Positions 1 to 13,710 of a stretch of 64,000 nt of DNA are shown one piece after another. The notes beneath the pieces were generated by a model that saw only the letters and a list, made by a program, of their open reading frames with translations, did no database searches and was not told the DNA's origin. This stretch comes from Lophium mytilinum (taxonomy: Eukaryota): contig MU004190.1 of the NCBI GenBank assembly GCA_010093605.1, positions 1,178,001 to 1,242,000 of the forward strand, in the 5' to 3' direction. A program made the translations under genes and the position numbers. Every line of letters begins with the position of its first letter. The stretch's first letter is position 1.

Positions 1-3000
1 CACTGCTACCCGCACGGCAAGGTCGGCCACTCCGACTCGTGGCCAACCTACAAACCTCAGTCTTGCCGGTTTCGGGAAGATTGCGCTCCGGTTTTCGCTC
101 GACTTCGAGAAAACTCTCGGCATAAACGCCACCACTGTGCAAGGTAGCATGGTCTGGAAGCACTATATGCTCCACGCTGAGCCGTCCATGCATCGAGTCA
201 GCTTTCTCACTCTCGCCCGAGGGCTGCCTGAAGCTCGGGACGGCATGCCCAAGCACGTTGATCTTCTCGTCCCGCATGCACGCGGGGGAGAGTGAATTGA
301 GAAATGTTCCGCTGATTCTTGCCAATTAACTCCCATACACTCCTCAGCTCACCGCAACTAAGCCCTCCAATCTCCCAGGGGACGGAGAATTTGGCAGCCT
401 GGTCCTACAACTCCGTTTGGGGCGCCCAGCCAACACAATGGGTGCTGGTGACATGATACGATCTCGGAAATCTTCAACCAACACTTCCGCACTAACGCGG
501 CATGCCAGCAGCTGGACCTCTATCGGTCCTATTGAAGTGCATCATTTGTCACCGCTCTTATGCTATTGCGGCCCATTGCTGGCGGGCCAGTCTCTACGAG
601 GCCCACGGCTGGTCTTGTGCCACCGTAGACGAAATCCAGACACTCACTCTAGACACTGAGCCACTTCACGCTCTGCGAGCCTCCTCTGCAAGCACTATCA
701 TTAGGCGTTCAAGGATGGTCTGGAGGGCTCTAGCCTCCATCCGGTCCGGTGGCCGGAGGAAACATGGTGCTCGCATTGTGGGGATTATCAGCCAAGTGAA
801 GCTCGTGTCGATGAAGACGTCCTTCACCCGGGCGAAGTGCTGGACTGTCTCCCTACTGGCCCTCCGGCTAGCAATCACGCACCTCAGACTGAAAGAGGAA
901 AGTCCAGTGGACGTGAAGGCAGTCCTACCGTGGCCGTGACGAAGAAGCTCCCGAGATTTGCGTCATCCGGCGCCCATTTCGCCAGAGAGTCCACGAGTAT
1001 CAAGGACGGAGGAGAGCCCCATCGCCGAACGACCAGGGCTACTGAAGTGTGCATAGCACTACCGCACGCAGGCCCTGAAGTGGAGGTACTCAACCTCGCG
1101 CACACACACACAGCCTCCCGGCGCCCCGTTCCCATGCCTACCTACCCGCTGTCCGGGGCAGCCGCCGTGCCACACGTTCTACACGAAGTGCAACACAGAC
1201 ACGGCATGCAACGCTCCTCCATCAGGAGAAAAAGCACTCTTCCTCGCACGCAAAGAGTCTCGAATAGGGCTCCACCTCTTCCGGCCAGGACCCAAGCAGC
1301 CAGCGCACCAATCCCCGCCCTAAGACCGCAAACCTTGCATATGCACCCACGGCCTAGGTGCAGCAACTCTCCCTACTCGCGCCAGCCCAAATCCTGCACG
1401 CTGAGCGCGCCTCTCTCGCCCGCCCTTCGCCCTCCCCACCGGGGGCCACAGTGCCCAATGGCACCGCCAGCACTGCTGCCCTCACCCACCCGCCGTCGGC
1501 CAGTACGTGACGCACCGCGACCCACCCGGCCACCTCATTCGCCGCCCACAAGCGGCCGGCCGCGCTCGCACACAGCTCTGATCTCGGGACTCCCATCTTG
1601 CGCGCGTCAGGCCGCTGGCAGTCTGGTTACCTCGCTCGCTGCATTCTCCCCAGCATCCGCGACTCCTCACATGACGGCCGCGACCACCAGCAGTCGAGCG
1701 CACCTGCATGTAGTAAAAATCAACGTCGGCCCATGGGCTGGCACGGCCTTGGACGCTCGTCCGCACGCCGCACGCATTGCACAATCGAGGCAAAGACTGT
1801 CAGGAGCAAAGCACGGAAGGGGTTTGGCATTTTGGTTAACTGGCTGAGATTCTAATCGCTGTTTTGGGGCTGCGCTTTGTTTACTTTGTTCATGCTTGCT
1901 GCGCCGAGGGCCGTGCTTTGACTGCCCTAGTGGTTGGTGCAATGCAAAACACGCGAGGCTTGGAAAAGGAGGCAAGCGAACGACAACAGAATGTCCTCTT
2001 GCATAACGGAGGTGCCTACCCAACCTCGCTTTCGTCCTTTGAGTCTGCCACAAGGCAGATGCTGCCCGTCAGGAGATGATAGGTTAGTTGCAATCTATCG
2101 GTGAGCGAGCATTGGCTCGGCGGTGCGGTGTTTGCCTTCCTGATGCCAGGCAGAAAGCGTCAGCGTGACGGCCGGAGTCCTGTTCCAGTCATCTCGCCAC
2201 CGCACCGTCAAAGCGCTCACTCCATGCTTCTGCTCCGTCCATACATAATCGTGAATGCGGCGGGGTAACCGGTGAGAGAGCGTCTGATCTTGCCGTGGAT
2301 ACGCAAGCTTGTGACGCCTTTCTGCGGGCTGGGGGCAGGTAACCCCAGCCCGGACTGCAGTAACAGTGAGGCGAACCGGCGCTGGGTGTTTTGTCCGGCC
2401 CATTATTGATTGAAAGGAGGATACCCTGGAAGCGTGGTCTCCCCATAGATCAACCAAACGGTGTCCGCCACGTCAGAGGATCTCCGATGGGGCATGCTCC
2501 GGTCGAATCTAGCGTGGTTCTGCATCTCGAATGATTGCCTCGATATGCGATGGCGGACTAGGTGCCGCATGAACTTTGCACCAGCCCGTTATCTAAGAGC
2601 AATGCTTGTCAGCCTGCATGTGAAGCTAGACCTTTCAACAATAGGCGGGACGCGGGTGAACCATGCCGTTGCGCGAGAATTTGATCAGCTGAATGATCAG
2701 AGAACCGACCGCTCAATGCATCATGCATGTGTGTACTCAGGCTAGTAGCCCATGCAGACGGTGCGTGGCATGACCGGACACCACCTCCTCGAGCGGTTGC
2801 AGCGCCAGCAGATAAGGTGACTGGGCAGCGATGCCTCCGGCCAGTGGGGAAGGGTCGAGAATGTTTGTGTCAGCCAAGAAACGCGAGGACCCGTGTCGAG
2901 GAAGGCAAAGGGTGATCGAATGCAGTGGTATCCGTGGAGCTCGAGCCTACGATTGATTAGCTGGGATGACAAGGGAGATTGACACAGACTCAGCACCGGC

Positions 3001-4141
3001 AAAGGCTGCTGGATTGCGCCACTTGAACGGCAAGGGAGGAATTGCAAGTGAAGCAGCAACAAGAAACCAAACAACTCCAGCCGAGAGGCACGACAAATGT
3101 CTCCGGGCGCTGTTGACCAATGCTTCGAAGCGAAAGGGCAGACTCCATGATCGGTGGGCGTGCGGGAACCGTCATGTAGAGCACCCGCTTTTCAGTCCTC
3201 CCGTGTTCCAAATTGATGAGGATAACGTGTGAGGCGTTATTGTCCAATCGCTTGCCAGGGACGGCCAACGAATGGAGAGGCGGTTGGACGTTCGGCATTG
3301 GTTTGGAAGCACGTGACCAGATCTCGGTTCAACAACTTCAACATCCACCAGGGATGGAAAGCCCAAAAACACCAGAACAAAGCCCCCAAGACGCCCGGAG
3401 TGCTTCGGCTGAAACGATCGGACAAGGACCATGAGGGATTTTCTCCTCGCGAGGAGCAATTACGCGTACGAGGAAGCCACGATGTCGGTGATCCCTAGCA
3501 GATGTGATATCTCTTTGCATAGCTGGAACGCCAGTCGCGGCCTAGGGTATCATTGCAGCCGGCCTCCATGGATCCTTTAGCGTCCTTCGAGAGGGATCCG
3601 TTGATCGTGGCGATATCGTTGGACGCCAGTGGGTGGGGTAGCACCATGCCGACTCATGGACGGACGACGGCTACGTCCCTTGGTCCGTCGACGGCAACGA
3701 GCGGGAGCCAGACGTTGATGAGCTTGTGATGGTCTCCCCGAGTCTCTGAGGCATAAATAGCGGCGTCGGTGCCCTCAGGAGTCTCCTCCATCATCCCATC
3801 AGCTCCTGACTTTCTCAAAGCTCCACCAGATATCCAGCATCTTCGACCGTTGTCCTTCTTCTCTGACACCAGAGCTCTTCCTGTCCAAGCTCTTCCTCAT
3901 ACCACGCTTCAGTAGACATCGAGTGTCTCCCACCCAACCGCAGTGTAGGTCATGATGAGGTTCCTCCTCTTGAAGTGACCCCTGAGGCTGATCTTTGCGA
4001 GCAGTGAAGTCCCTTGTCCAATCATTTCGAACCACAAGCCCACTCAAGCAACACGAGGTACGTTGACAAGACCTGTCAACCAAACGATTGTCCCATAAGG
4101 CTGACACAGACATCGCGCTAGAATCGCCCAGCCCTTGAAAC

Positions 4142-4486
4142 ATGTGCTTCTTTGATCAACACCGGTTCGTGTGTGGCGACTGGAAGTGGGGCCACTTCCG
4201 CCAGCACTGCAATCGGGAGTATCGCATCGGTGAAACGTGTGGCATGAAGCTCATCATGCAGACGGTGCCGGTGGGCCAGAAGTGCAAGCTGTGCGAGAAG
4301 ATCGACACCAAGATGCGTCGCCGGGCCGCCGAGGTCGAGCGCATCAATCGATGGCAGCGCGAGGGGAACAAGTTCCGAGCCTCCATTGACAAGTCGATGG
4401 AGATGATTCGTGGTCTTGACGCCGAGATCTATGAGCTTGGGTGCGAGCGGAATAGGAGACTCCAAGGCATCGGCAGCCATGGCTAG
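4142..4486 (+). CDS. Conserved small Cys-rich fungal hypothetical protein (114 aa)
   Basis: Clean ORF MCFFDQHRFVCGDWKWGHFRQHCNREYRIGETCGMKL...CKLCEKI followed by a helical tail; a motif type recalled from Pezizomycotina hypothetical proteins. Probable 5'UTR intron 4058-4121 (GTACGT...GCTGAC...TAG). In-frame TGA two codons before the ATG fixes the start. Confidence 0.85.
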   Translation: MCFFDQHRFVCGDWKWGHFRQHCNREYRIGETCGMKLIMQTVPVGQKCKLCEKIDTKMRRRAAEVERINRWQREGNKFRASIDKSMEMIRGLDAEIYELGCERNRRLQGIGSHG

Positions 4487-6329
4487 GTGGGAGTGCGGGA
4501 ACGGGCGTCGGGGTATTTTTGTTTCATGTACAACGTTTCGTTCTTCTGCAGTGACTTGGAGTCCACTCATTCTGGGACAGGGGATTTTGGATGATACAGA
4601 AAATTGATATTGGAAGGTGGAGGAGGAGCAAGGAAAGGGAGAGCGGTACCTCTTACAGTCGCTTGTTTCTCAAGTAGCTACTCTGTCGGGTCTAATGATG
4701 TAACGATTTCAACTACCTCTATGATTGGCCGTGTTGTGAGCGCTGGGGACGTAGCCGCTGAGCCGGTGATCGGGGGCTGAAGCTGTCCAATCCGTGACGG
4801 TCGCGTAGCCAAAATAGCAGTCCGCAGTTGATCGCGCACGGCCCCCACAGGAGGCGGCGAGGCGCCCGCTCCGGTGCGCAAAGAGCCTGGCAGAGGGTTG
4901 GAGCGTAGTGCGCCATGATCTGGGGGTGTGCAGCACTGTTCGCTGTTATCGCTGAGGGTCGGAGGATGTTTGTTGTGGGGAGAAGTGCGGCGGGCGAGGT
5001 GAGGAGAAGTCTTTCGGTTAAAGTTCCGGTCACATGATGGCGCTAAGCTCCGTTTGGGATTCTGCCGAACTGTCCCCGATAGGCCTTGACGCTCATCGCT
5101 TCATCTCCGGAGAACTTCCTCATCCTGAACGGCGTCCCTCTTGTCCTCTCTCCTCAATGCTGAAGATAGTATCCAAGGCTGTGTGTAGACCATCTGTAGC
5201 TAGACAAGCTGCGTGGCCACAGTGCCACTGTGCCGTCCCCCCTTCTGTGCCGCGCCAGCAAGTATGTCTTCGTCGTTCTCTGCCAGTATGCTCCATCAAG
5301 ATCGAGCTATATGGATCGTGGGTATGGTATCGAGTGTCTTTCGTTCTTCCTAGAGTTGGTTCTTTCGTTTGGGCAATATCCGCCTTCGTTTTCGAGTCCT
5401 GCCGTGCGAGTCCCGATGTCGTGCTGCGTTCATGAAGGCTGGGTGGCTGGGTAGGTTCGCTTCCAAGTCTTCATCTCTTCCCCCTCTCAAAAGAAAGCGC
5501 AAGACGCCAAAGGATGGGAGCTCCTCTTAGACGACTCAAAGGAGCAATATCAACCCACAGGGCCAGCAAACTCATTCAACGCACTCTCTCCTACGTGGCG
5601 CTCTCTGACTGGTCTGCCTACCCCGTAGATCGCTCCGGTGTCCTCTCCGTCAAACTGGCGCGGCCCTACGTCTGTCGTTAGGATGCGAATCCCTCCGCGA
5701 TCTTGCTTTTTGTCGATGATCGTGATCTCATGTTGAATCTTGTCTTACCATTTTCCTTTTTCTCTCCACCTGCTTGGTGTCTGGCCGCGAGCAGCGGCCC
5801 TACGTTTCTTTTAAAAGTCTCAGCAACCCCAGCAGCCTGGCCCAACACACCACATCTCATCTTCTGCAGTCCTCGGCGCTAACTTTGGCCATTGCATTTG
5901 ACACCTCTGTACGACTGACTGCTGCCGAATCTATGACGTGTACAGGGAATTGCCAGGTTCAGCGCCGGCGTGCAACCAATAACCAGCGCGCAGCACCTCT
6001 CCTCTCCTCCACCCTCTGCAGCGTTAATACGGGCGACCATCATGCCAGGCGAATACACTTCCTTCACGTGTGTTGTGGTGAGACTACAACCCTCTCAAAC
6101 CCTGCCGAGGGCTGTCGGTGCCAATAGGATTCATTTGATACCCTTGTATTATTACACTCTGGGCCACATGCAGGAGACTTTAGCTCCACCATGCGTATGA
6201 AATGGGTGTACAGTTCTCTCCCATTACGAATCTCTCTCCTTCTCACATGCGCGACGCGTTTCAGACTTTACGAAGACTCATTTCCCTAGCCAACCAATCA
6301 GAGCGAAGAAGCGAGCAATTGGCCTTGTG

Positions 6330-7231
6330 TGGACTGCCCGCCTACCGCCAACGACCCATATCTTCCAATGCCCTCCCAACTGGATCACAAGCGCTCGCTT
6401 CGCATACAGAACATCCCAGCGGGTCTCGAATTCAATAATACGCATTGGGTTCCCCACAAACTTGAAGCCTAACGCGAACCACATCGCTCTCCACTACCTA
6501 CTACAAAACGAACCCAGGCGCCAACACTGCATACAGAACATCCAGCGTATCTCGGCACGAGTCAGGTTGATCAAGGCAAGGATGTATCAAATCGATGGTC
6601 TATGGATTACGAGCCTACAGCGGACGAGCGAAACCTAAGCGCTTGCTACCTACCAAGCCCAAGCGCGTCGATGAAGAGCTCAGAAAAGTTGAAAAGCGAG
6701 CACGCGAAGTCTCTTTTACAGTCTACAAGGTAATCGTCTGAAATTCAGCGAACGACAACGATCTCTACCAGCCTCGCCGCTACAGGTCCTGGCTGACTTC
6801 TACCGATGACTACCAAATAAAACCCTGGCGTCCTTCAGAAAAGGCCAGAGCCATGAGAGCGAAGATGCACGCCATTATTCTATGGTGGGCTGCAAGCCTA
6901 CCCCACGAATACCCAGCTTCCAACGCGCAACCGTAGGCACCCAAGCGCCCGCAACCAATGCATCACACTCAGCACGGCCTAAATAAGGCAGGAGCCAACC
7001 CATGAGATCAAGAAGCACACCAGCTATTCCATTATGCTACCGCCGCCCCACAACTCTCCAACACTCCTTGTCCCACAAGAACCCCCAGGCGCCAGCACCG
7101 ACACACAGCATACCCAGCGCGTCGAGAAACAGCGCGAAAACCTCATCGAATCCAGGCTAATGATGCTGTATAGAAAAGACGAAAGGAAAAGTACCCCCGC
7201 AGAATGGTCAGCCACCAACTCCCATCCCTGA
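6330..7231 (+). pseudogene. Possible decayed gene with degenerate internal repeats
   Basis: Related segments (gaacccaggcgccaacac..., cagaacatcccagcg) recur near 6400, 6510 and 7080; short ORF fragments are broken by stops. No family recognised. Confidence 0.25.
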
Positions 7232-7309
7232 TCTCGCTCCCCACTCACCCCCACGCTTTACCTCTATCCATCCCATCCGCCTCCTTTTTCGATTTCCATG
7301 TGCTCATCC

Positions 7310-7356
7310 GTTCGTTCGTTCGTTCGTTCGAGCGCTCACCGGCTCGGCTCGGCTCG
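7310..7356. repeat. Microsatellites (TTCG)n and (GGCTC)n just past the stop of the mucin-like gene
   Basis: ttcgttcgttcgttcgttcg followed by ggctcggctcggctcg. Confidence 0.8.
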
Positions 7357-7401
7357 TCCCGTCACGTCCCCCTCCCGCCTCTATTCCCCATCTCTCAGCC
7401 T

Positions 7402-10400
7402 TCAAACCGCAAACAACCCCACCCCATCCACCTCCACCGCCACCCTCCCATCCGCATCCAACGCCCCGTTACACGCCACCGTGAAATGAAACTCCACACT
7501 CCCCGCCTCCGCCCCACTCCCCGCCTTGAAAACCGCCCGACTCGTCTCCCAACTCACCCCGGGCTCAACACCCAGAAGCACCTCGCTCCCAGATTTAAAC
7601 GTCACCGTACACCCCCCATCCACCGGCGCCTGCCGATAGCTCACGACGAGGTTGTACGTCGTATCCGGGCACAGCGTCACCGGCTGATACACATCCAGCG
7701 TCGCGTTTACCACCGAGCTAGCCACACGCGCGACGTACGAGCCGTTCGACCCCGGCGAGCTGCCGCGGAAGGAGGTGAGATACGTGTCGGGCCCCTTAGG
7801 AACGGAGTCCCAGCCGAGGGGGAGGAAGCGGGCGTCGGGCTGCTCGAAGTCGCCGTTGAAGACGGCGTTGCTACTTTTCGAGTCGCACGCTTGCTGGATT
7901 TGCGCCGCGGTGGCGGTTTGGCCGAGGGCGCGGCGGAGGGCTAGGGCCGCGGTGGCGGAGGGGAGGGAGGCGAGATAGGCGGTTGTGTATTGGGCGGGTG
8001 CTGTGGGGGCGGAGAAGAGCGGGGTGGATGCGCAGGAGGCGCTGGCGGTGTGGGTGATGTAGGTTATGATGGTTTGGGTTTCGACCCAGGGGAAAGCGGA
8101 GGGGCAGACGTTAGCGGAGGTGCCGGTGCCGGTGGGGAAGAAGGTTGTGGCGTTTGAAGAAAGGGTGGGGAGGGAGGAGGAGGGGAGAGAGGGTGCTAGG
8201 AGAGACGCTGATGTGCCGGTTCCGAGAGGAGCGGTTGAGTTGTCAGATTCGGTTTGGACGCTGAGTGATGCCGATACAGTCGTCAAGACCGTGCCAGTGC
8301 CGACAAAGCTGGTTGAGTTTGCATATTCCGTAGGTGCTGCGAGCGAGGCTGATGCTGGGGCTGTCCCGGTACCAATGAGGATGGTTGAGTTTGCAGATTC
8401 TGTAGGTACCTCAAGAGACGCTGTCGATACGGCGGTTCTTGTGCCGAGCGGGATTGAAGAATTTACAGACTCAGTAGGGGCTAGAAGAGAAGCAGACGTA
8501 ACCGCGGAGCCAGTCCCTAGAGGAAGTGTTGCGTTAAGCGAAGGGGAGTAGGTGGGGAAACCTTCAGACGGTATCAGAGAACTCGTTCCAGTCCCCAGAA
8601 CTAATGTCGAATTGAGTGATTCTATTGGCACTGACGGAGAAGGAGCGGGAGCGGTCCCTGTGATCAAAGTGAAGTTCAGTGATTCAGAGGACCCGGCAGA
8701 CGGGACAGATCCAGTGCTCAACACGAGAGTGGTGGTGATTAGCTCTGTCAACACAGAGGTCACGGTTCCCAAGAGTGTCGAGTTTGTCGTAGCTGAAGGC
8801 ACGACTCCCGTGGATCCAGTTCCTTGCCTTGGTCCTTCTGAATTGCTAAATTCAAAATCGGTAGAAGGGGACGCTGTTGGCGCTGGGAATGTTGCATTCG
8901 AGGAAGCTGGAGCAGGTGTCACCGATATTGCCTCAGATATGGTAGAGTTGGCTGATACGGGTGACAGCCCAGTAGAGACTCCAGTTCCACCCAGGGTGGT
9001 TGACCTGCTCCTCGATTGGTGACCATTCCTGCCCCCCTCGTCGTTGCTGAAGTCGAAGGTATCTGTGGTATCCGTAGAAATGAACGCACCGACGCTGGCT
9101 GATGGCACGGGTCTTGGTGGAGCGGTGGTGAGTGGGATGCTTGATTGTGGAGTACCGCCGTATGAGGGAAACACTGGTGAGAGCACAGTCTGTACTGAGG
9201 TGACAGTCTCCACTACAGTCTGGTTGACGACCGTAGTGGTTCCGTTTGAAAAAATTGGGAATGGTGCTGTCGTCGGTGGGATGATGCCGCTCGCTCCAGT
9301 CTCGTTTGCGACAGTCGTGGCCCCAGATACAATAGATGTGAAGCCTGCGGACACGACGGTACTTGACACAAATGACTCGTTGGTGGAGGGCAAGCTCCCA
9401 GTACCCGAAATTACGCTCGAGGCAGAAGGAATCTGGGTCGAAAACACTATGGACTCGTTAATGGTTGGTGAAACTCCACTGGATAGACTGCTAGTGGACG
9501 GGGAACCAGTCGGTGGGAGGATTCCTTCTCCTCCAGTAGAATTCGCAGTGAAGTATGAGCCTGAACTAGCAACTGAGAAGCCGCCACTGACTGTTGCTAC
9601 CACACTAGAATCATTCAAAGATGCTGTCGGTCCACTGGATGGACTACTAATGGACGGGGAACCTGTCGGTGGAATGATACCCTCACCTCCCGTTGAGTTA
9701 GCTGTGAATAGCGAGCCTGACGAGGCGAGAGAAACCCCGCCGGTCAACGTCGCGACTATTGTTGAGTCATTCAAAGACTGTGTTGCTCCACTTGACGGAC
9801 TGCTGACTGACGGAGAGCTAGTTGGAGCGATGATACCCTCTCCGCCCGTTGAGTTTGCGGTGAAAAAGGATTCCGAAGTCGCCGTCGAGAAACCCGCACT
9901 AATTACTAAACTTTCGGTAGGTGTGATGATGCCCTCTCCTCCAGTAGAATTCGCAGTGAAGTATGAGCCTGAAGTACCAACCGAGAAGCCGCCACTCGCG
10001 ACAGATGTCGCAGCACCAGTCGGAGGAATCACGCCTTCGCCTCCTGTCGAGTTCGCAGTGACAAACGACCTCGACTCAGCGCTGGAGAACCCACCGCTCA
10101 CGGTTGATGACAACACGATCTCACTGATGACAGTCGACACCGCAGGGGCTGTTCCAGTGGGGCTCAACACCGTGTCGTTTGAAAAGATCAAGGAAACGAT
10201 TGAGCCAGTGGCCGAGAGCACAGTACTAGGAGCACCTGTTGGAGAAATGACACCTTCGTCGCCTGAGGAGTTTGCCGTGAATGATGCACCAGATGTAGCG
10301 GCAGAAATTCCCCCACTCACGGCTGAGGAAACAATGATCTCAGAGGTAGCGTTTGGCAGACCACTTAGAGTGAGCGAGGGACTCGGAGTCTCAATCCCGC

Positions 10401-12552
10401 CTCCGCCAGTAGAAAAGATTATCTCCGTATGGCCTGAGATGACATTTGTGATCGTGACAACTTGCAGACTGGTGAAGACGGTTTCCAAAGTTTGATTGAA
10501 TGGTCCCGGGATGGATGCACTTGGGCTCTCTATGCCAGCCCCGCCGGTAGAAGTGGCCGTTGCAAAAGCACCAGAAGTAGCTGCACTGTCGCTACCAACA
10601 ATTACTACTGTGCTAAAGACGAGGGACGTTGAGTTCCCAATGCCAACGCTAGCACCGCCAGTCTCACTGGGTGCTGCAGTGGGAGTAGCCGAAGATATGG
10701 CTGGAGTCCCACCTTGAGAAGCAGCAGTCGCGGTGGCAGCAGCACCAGAAGTAGAAACTATTGTGCCACTAGTAATCCTAGGTAATAGAGTCGACCCGCC
10801 ACTTCCATCACGGCCGATAATGATGGTAGTAGATCCTCCGGAGATGATAGTTGTAGTGAAACCATCGATAATTGTAGTAGCGCCAACAACGAGTGACGTT
10901 ATGTTTAATTCCACAACGCTGGTACTCACAGAAGGATTGATTATGGTCTGCGTCTGGACATATGTGCAGGAATAATCGGTGGCATACTCCATATACCAGT
11001 CGCTCGTAGCGTTGTAGTATTCTTCCCAATGCCAGTGGACGAAGCCCGCCGTATCCGTCGAACGAGCAGATGTGTAGAAGGAGGTCGCGGCTGCGTGGCC
11101 CGTAGAAAATACGAGAGGAGGCAGTGTGATGGAGGGCGGGTTATTGACAAGTACAGACTTGAGTGAGGCAAGATCAATAGAGCTAACTGCGCTTCCCGGG
11201 GTTTCAATAGCGCAAGTTGTGCCGTTCCCGGTACCGAGCACGTTGAGAAGAACTCCAGTGATAGCCCCATCCCTTGTATCATAAGTCTTCCCACTTCCGT
11301 AAAGGAGACAGTTGTCGCCAGAGGTGGGGGTAGAAAGGAACGTGAATCCTGCACATGGCTGCATCCCTGGAAAGTTGGCATCCACGTACGAGCATTCGGC
11401 CGCGCAATCGTCCTGATCGGAAGTAGTGAGAGTAATGAATGGGGTTGCCCCGATCAACTCGGTGTTGCACATGAGTAGGTATTCCAGCATCTTGCCTCCA
11501 ATGAAGTTGGCGATTTTCTTGTTGTCATCTCCAGGACAAGCAAACGAAACGGCGGTTGCGATAGGCGAGACGGGAGTTCCTGGGCTCGCTATCGAGGATG
11601 TAAGGCCTGATAGGGTGCTGTATAATGTCGTCACAGACAAGGGTGCACTAGATGATATGGTAGCATTAGCGGTCGGTACGAAGGAGGCGGTGGGCACCGA
11701 AGCATTTGAAGGCGAGGAAAATCCCATTGGCGACGGCACTGTCGTTAACGCCGATACGGTCGAGGTGGTAGTCACTGTCTCGGTTTTCGTGGATGTTGAG
11801 GTGACTACTTCGCGGTCATAGGCATACAAGGTTGTCGTCTGCGAAAGTTAGAATTAAGCAGATAGTCTTCTCGTTGCACTTACAGAAGTCGGGGCTGTGT
11901 AGGTACTAGTCTCAGTCGCCGTCGGATCAACATTTAGACAAGTGCAGGCAGTGCTCAGAGCTATGTCCATGGATGACTTTTGGCTATTGGTTGGTGATGG
12001 GGCAGGGGTGCCAGCTACGACAGCCGAAACAGTAGAGTCGAGCTCGGCTTTTGCTTCAGCCCGAAGTGCATTTCTCTCTCGCTTCCTTGCCGGAAAGATT
12101 GTTGACCAGGCAGTCTCGGTAACGGTCTGGGTCGTTGTCGTTCGAGTCGTAGTGGGTATGGTGTTCCACTGGCTTCCTGTCACTGCTGTTACGGTTCTGG
12201 AAGAGGTCAGTTCGGATGATGATACAAATGGAAGAGAGCAGTACACTAGTGGCGTGGTCTCAGCGGTCACGGTGGTAGGGCTCAATCCAAGCCATATGTT
12301 ACAGAATTTCTGGGCCGTATCCTTATTTATCGATTTATCGAGGTATGTAAATTCATCATCCAGGACGCAAAGCAGTTGTCGTTTGCCGAACAGATGATCT
12401 TGAGCTCGGTCGACCAGGCGATTCCCTCTCGACAATTTTCGAACCTCGATTAGTTCTGCAGCGCCCTCCCGTGGGCTGGTAACCCGCGCGTGGGCCGAAT
12501 AAAAGGAAAGTGCAAAGGCCGAAGCCAAAAACGAAGGACGAGTAAAGTACAT
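7402..12552 (-). CDS. Large secreted Ser/Thr-rich mucin/adhesin-like glycoprotein (~1,690 aa) with a PAN/Apple-like Cys domain, internal repeats and a C-terminal carbohydrate-binding (CBM4/9-like) domain
   Basis: Signal peptide MYFTRPSFLASAFALSFYSAHA. Introns at about 12197-12244 (48 nt, in frame) and 11839-11883 (GTAAGT...CTAAC...CAG) join ORFs 11854-12552 and 7402-11829. Cys pattern CPGDD...CNTE...CAAECS...CAGFTF...CLLY; C-terminal NAVFNGDFE...GW; many NxS/T sequons. Confidence 0.85.
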
Positions 12553-13710
12553 GGCTGAGCAATTGCGATAAGGAGGGCTGCTCCAGCCAAATGAGAAAAA
12601 CGAGCGGTGATGTCCAAAGAGGCAGGGACAGGAATTTGAAGCAGCGCATGATTTTATAAAGGGACATTGATTGAAACCTCACAATATGCCGGGTTAGGAG
12701 GCCGGGTACCAGCAACGACCAGAACGGTCCTCCAATGTGCCTTGCAGAGACATAGGCAGCCCGAGACTGACAGCTGTGCCACAAGACCGGGAACATCGTC
12801 GCGTGTCAAAGGGTCCTTAGGCAAGAATGACCTTACGTGAAACCAGCCCCGAGATTTTCATGAAGCTCAGGTCCAGGTGGTAGTTCATGAACTTGGCAGA
12901 CAATGCTGGTGGTTGACCATACTAGTCTCGGAACTAAGGAGGCATGCACTGGGCCCTGAGCTGCTAGACACGCCCCTTACCTCGCACTTTGCCAGCACAT
13001 GGCAATCGCCTTGCATTCTAGAGCACCACGTCCATATTTCAAGGCCAGAAAGGGTTATCTTATTGGATCAGCCGTCGCGTCAGCCAGACGCGATGCGCGA
13101 TGCGGGCAATGGAGGTGCACCTCGGCAGAACGTGGAGAGACGTGGAGATACAACATGATGGCGCAACACGAAGAAGCAGGGAAAGAGGGTGTAGAGTGTG
13201 GTATCATGGTGAGTGTGAATATCGATATATTGTTCTGAAGCAGTGAAAACAGAATGAGATGATGATTCGCAGTAGAACGAACCAGTCCTGAGACGCAAGC
13301 AACCACGACTCGGATAGCATCAACCGCGGCTGGCAGCTGTCCAACCGACGACTCACAGAAGAATGGAATGGTTTCATATTACTGAAGCTGCAGTGAGTCG
13401 ATAGCAGATGGGGTGCCGGATGGAGTGAAGTGTAAGGTTGAAGTCCCCAGAGCAGATCCTGGCGGGAGAGAAACGGGCTTGCATGCAAGCGAAGCCCGCC
13501 ACCGCCGGGAGAGCTCCACAACACCAACCTCCCGTCAATTCATCCAAGCACCACCCCAAAGACTCCGCCCAACCGCAATCCGCACTCCAAGGCTGACATA
13601 CCATTCTCTACGCATTCTCTACAGCTGCCGCCCGCGCATGCAAGCAGTTCCACATCCGGCGCCCGCTGTCTCGCTCGCCGCCGCGCCAAAGCTGAGCTTC
13701 CCGTCTGGCA

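Noticed and set aside
1482..1793. LCNACG resembling a GATA zinc finger
   Set aside because: The first CxxC half and the basic tail are missing, and an in-frame stop lies just upstream.
837..1847. 336-aa Pro/Arg/Ser-rich ORF
   Set aside because: Non-ATG start, GC-rich low complexity, no recognisable domain.
8066..11821. Long antisense ORFs (up to 483 aa) opposite the mucin-like gene
   Set aside because: Explained by the Ser/Thr/Gly codon bias of the real gene; no independent motifs.
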